19,041 nt of DNA from Thermodesulfobacteriota bacterium (GTDB taxonomy: Bacteria; Desulfobacterota_D; UBA1144), in assembly GCA_029246845.1 (NCBI GenBank), contig JAQWMJ010000033.1, positions 1 to 19,041 of the forward strand, written 5' to 3'. A model generated the notes under the pieces. It did no database searches, was not told the origin of the DNA, and saw nothing but the letters and a program-made list of their open reading frames with translations. Made by a program: the position numbers and the translations under genes. Positions 17,584-19,041 of the stretch are shown here, in pieces. How positions within the stretch are numbered: the stretch's first letter is position 1; every line of letters starts with the position of its first letter.

Positions 17584-17594
17584 TGTTTTTGAAC

Positions 17595-19041
17595 ATGAAA
17601 TATAGTGATCAATTGGCTCTTTGGCTAAAGAAATTAAACTATACACATTGTTTCTTCGTTTCTGGTGGCAACATAATGCATTTGCTAGACAGTTTTAGAA
17701 ATAATTTCAAATGCGTACCAGTTATACACGAAGTTGCCGCAGGTATAGCAGCCGAATATTTTAATGAAACATCGGATAAAAATAAAAAAGCTATAGCTTT
17801 AGTCACTGCTGGACCAGGATTGACTAATATTGTCACCGCAATTAGTGGAGCTTACTTAGAAAGCAGAGATTTGTTAATTATTGGTGGACAAGTTAAAACA
17901 GATGACCTAGCAAATGGGGAAGTTATCCAAAGAGGAATTCAAGAAATCGATGGGGTATCAATAGTAACTCCTATAACTTCAAAAGCCCTTAGAATAGAAA
18001 AGCCAATAGGTTTTGAAAAATTAAAATCAATTTTAAATATAGATATTGTTGAAAGAAAAGGTCCAATCTTTATTGAGATACCCTTGGATGTTCAAGCTTC
18101 TAAATTCAAGGATGGTAAAGCATCTACAAAGATAAAGAAGCAAAGATTAAATATAGCTACTAAAACACAGGTTAATCAAATCTCTACTCTGCTAAGAAAA
18201 TCTAAAAGACCTTCAATATTAATTGGAGGGGGTGTGAGTCGAGATGTTGCTTATAATCTGAGAAGACAATTTTCAAAATTAGACATTCCTATTTTTACAA
18301 CTTGGAATGGGATGGATAGGATTTCGCCTCTAAGTAAAAATTATTTTGGTATGCCTAACACTTGGGGTCAAAGACATGCAAATATTATTATTCAGCAGTC
18401 GGACTTGCTTTTAGCATTGGGTACAAGACTTGGTTTGCAGCAGACAGGTTTTAATTGGAAGGAATTTATTCCTATAGGTAATATAATTCAGGTCGATATA
18501 GACAAGAGAGAGCTTAAGAAAGGTCACCCACAAGTTAAATGGCCTTATTCATTTGATGTCAACAATTTTCTACCTCGGATACTACGTCAGAACCTTGGCT
18601 CTAATTCCGAATGGATTAAATTTAGCAAAAAAGTAAAAAAAGATTTTCCCCTTATAGATAAGAGCAATAAAACCAGAAACAAATATGTATCACCTTACCT
18701 TTTAATGCAAAAGCTATCGTATATTTCAAGGCCAAAGGATGTCCTTGTGCCATGTAGTAGTGGAGGGGTCTTTACAGCCTTTAAGCAAGCTTTTACTCCC
18801 AAATTTGGTCAAAAGATTGTATCGAATAAAGGTCTGGCGGCCATGGGATATGGTCTTTCGGCTGCAATTGGAGCATCATTCGCCAATAATAAGAAAAGAG
18901 TAATTCACTTAGAAGGTGATGGCGGTTTTTCACAGAATCTTCAAGAAATCGGTACGATGATGATAAATAAACTGAATATTAAATCTTTCATCTTTGATGA
19001 TTCTGGTTATGCCTCGATTAGAATGACTCAAAAAAATTATT
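17595..19041 (+). CDS. Thiamine-diphosphate-dependent enzyme, acetolactate synthase/YerE-like (3' end beyond right edge)
   Basis: Not in the ORF track. Hand translation is open for 482 codons: MKYSDQLA...FFVSGGNIMHL...IHEVAAGIAA (catalytic Glu)...VTAGPGLTN...IGGQV...GIQEID...GPIFIEIPLDVQ...ALGTRL...AMGYGLSAAIGA...EGDGGFSQNLQE...GYASIR. Confidence 0.92.
   Translation, partial: MKYSDQLALWLKKLNYTHCFFVSGGNIMHLLDSFRNNFKCVPVIHEVAAGIAAEYFNETSDKNKKAIALVTAGPGLTNIVTAISGAYLESRDLLIIGGQVKTDDLANGEVIQRGIQEIDGVSIVTPITSKALRIEKPIGFEKLKSILNIDIVERKGPIFIEIPLDVQASKFKDGKASTKIKKQRLNIATKTQVNQISTLLRKSKRPSILIGGGVSRDVAYNLRRQFSKLDIPIFTTWNGMDRISPLSKNYFGMPNTWGQRHANIIIQQSDLLLALGTRLGLQQTGFNWKEFIPIGNIIQVDIDKRELKKGHPQVKWPYSFDVNNFLPRILRQNLGSNSEWIKFSKKVKKDFPLIDKSNKTRNKYVSPYLLMQKLSYISRPKDVLVPCSSGGVFTAFKQAFTPKFGQKIVSNKGLAAMGYGLSAAIGASFANNKKRVIHLEGDGGFSQNLQEIGTMMINKLNIKSFIFDDSGYASIRMTQKNY

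Noticed and set aside
12597..17836. Short ORFs 12597-12782, 13523-13705, 14438-14623, 15730-15993 and 17639-17836
   Set aside because: All lie within longer motif-bearing genes. 17639-17836 is the antisense shadow of the ThDP gene that the ORF track missed.
1..19041. tRNA/rRNA genes, CRISPR arrays, IS or phage genes, intrinsic terminators
   Set aside because: Intergenic gaps are all under about 140 bp and AT-rich, with no GC-rich hairpins or spaced repeats seen, and no ORF resembles a transposase, integrase or phage protein.

Overview
AT-rich, tightly packed bacterial DNA that looks like a cell-surface glycosylation island. The left ~10 kb holds five diverged paralogous ~550-aa polytopic membrane proteins (DUF6311-like, probable GT-C-fold glycosyltransferases). 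One of them runs off the left edge and is missing from the supplied ORF track. They are interleaved with a GtrB/ArnC-like GT2 polyprenyl-phosphate glycosyltransferase and a SAM methyltransferase. The middle holds pgpA, a TIGR03643-type small protein and a sixth, different GT-C-like membrane protein. The right ~6 kb holds an unusual-sugar biosynthesis set: an SDR reductase, an AroB/DHQS-like sugar-phosphate cyclase, a sedoheptulokinase-like FGGY kinase, a divergent NeuB-family PEP-condensing synthase, and a ThDP-dependent acetolactate-synthase/YerE-like enzyme that runs off the right edge (also missing from the ORF track). The best candidate for a novel system is a pathway making a carbocyclic or branched higher-carbon sugar, next to an expanded battery of lipid-donor glycosyltransferases. 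I saw no RNA genes, CRISPR arrays or mobile elements. All family calls come from motif recognition, not database searches.
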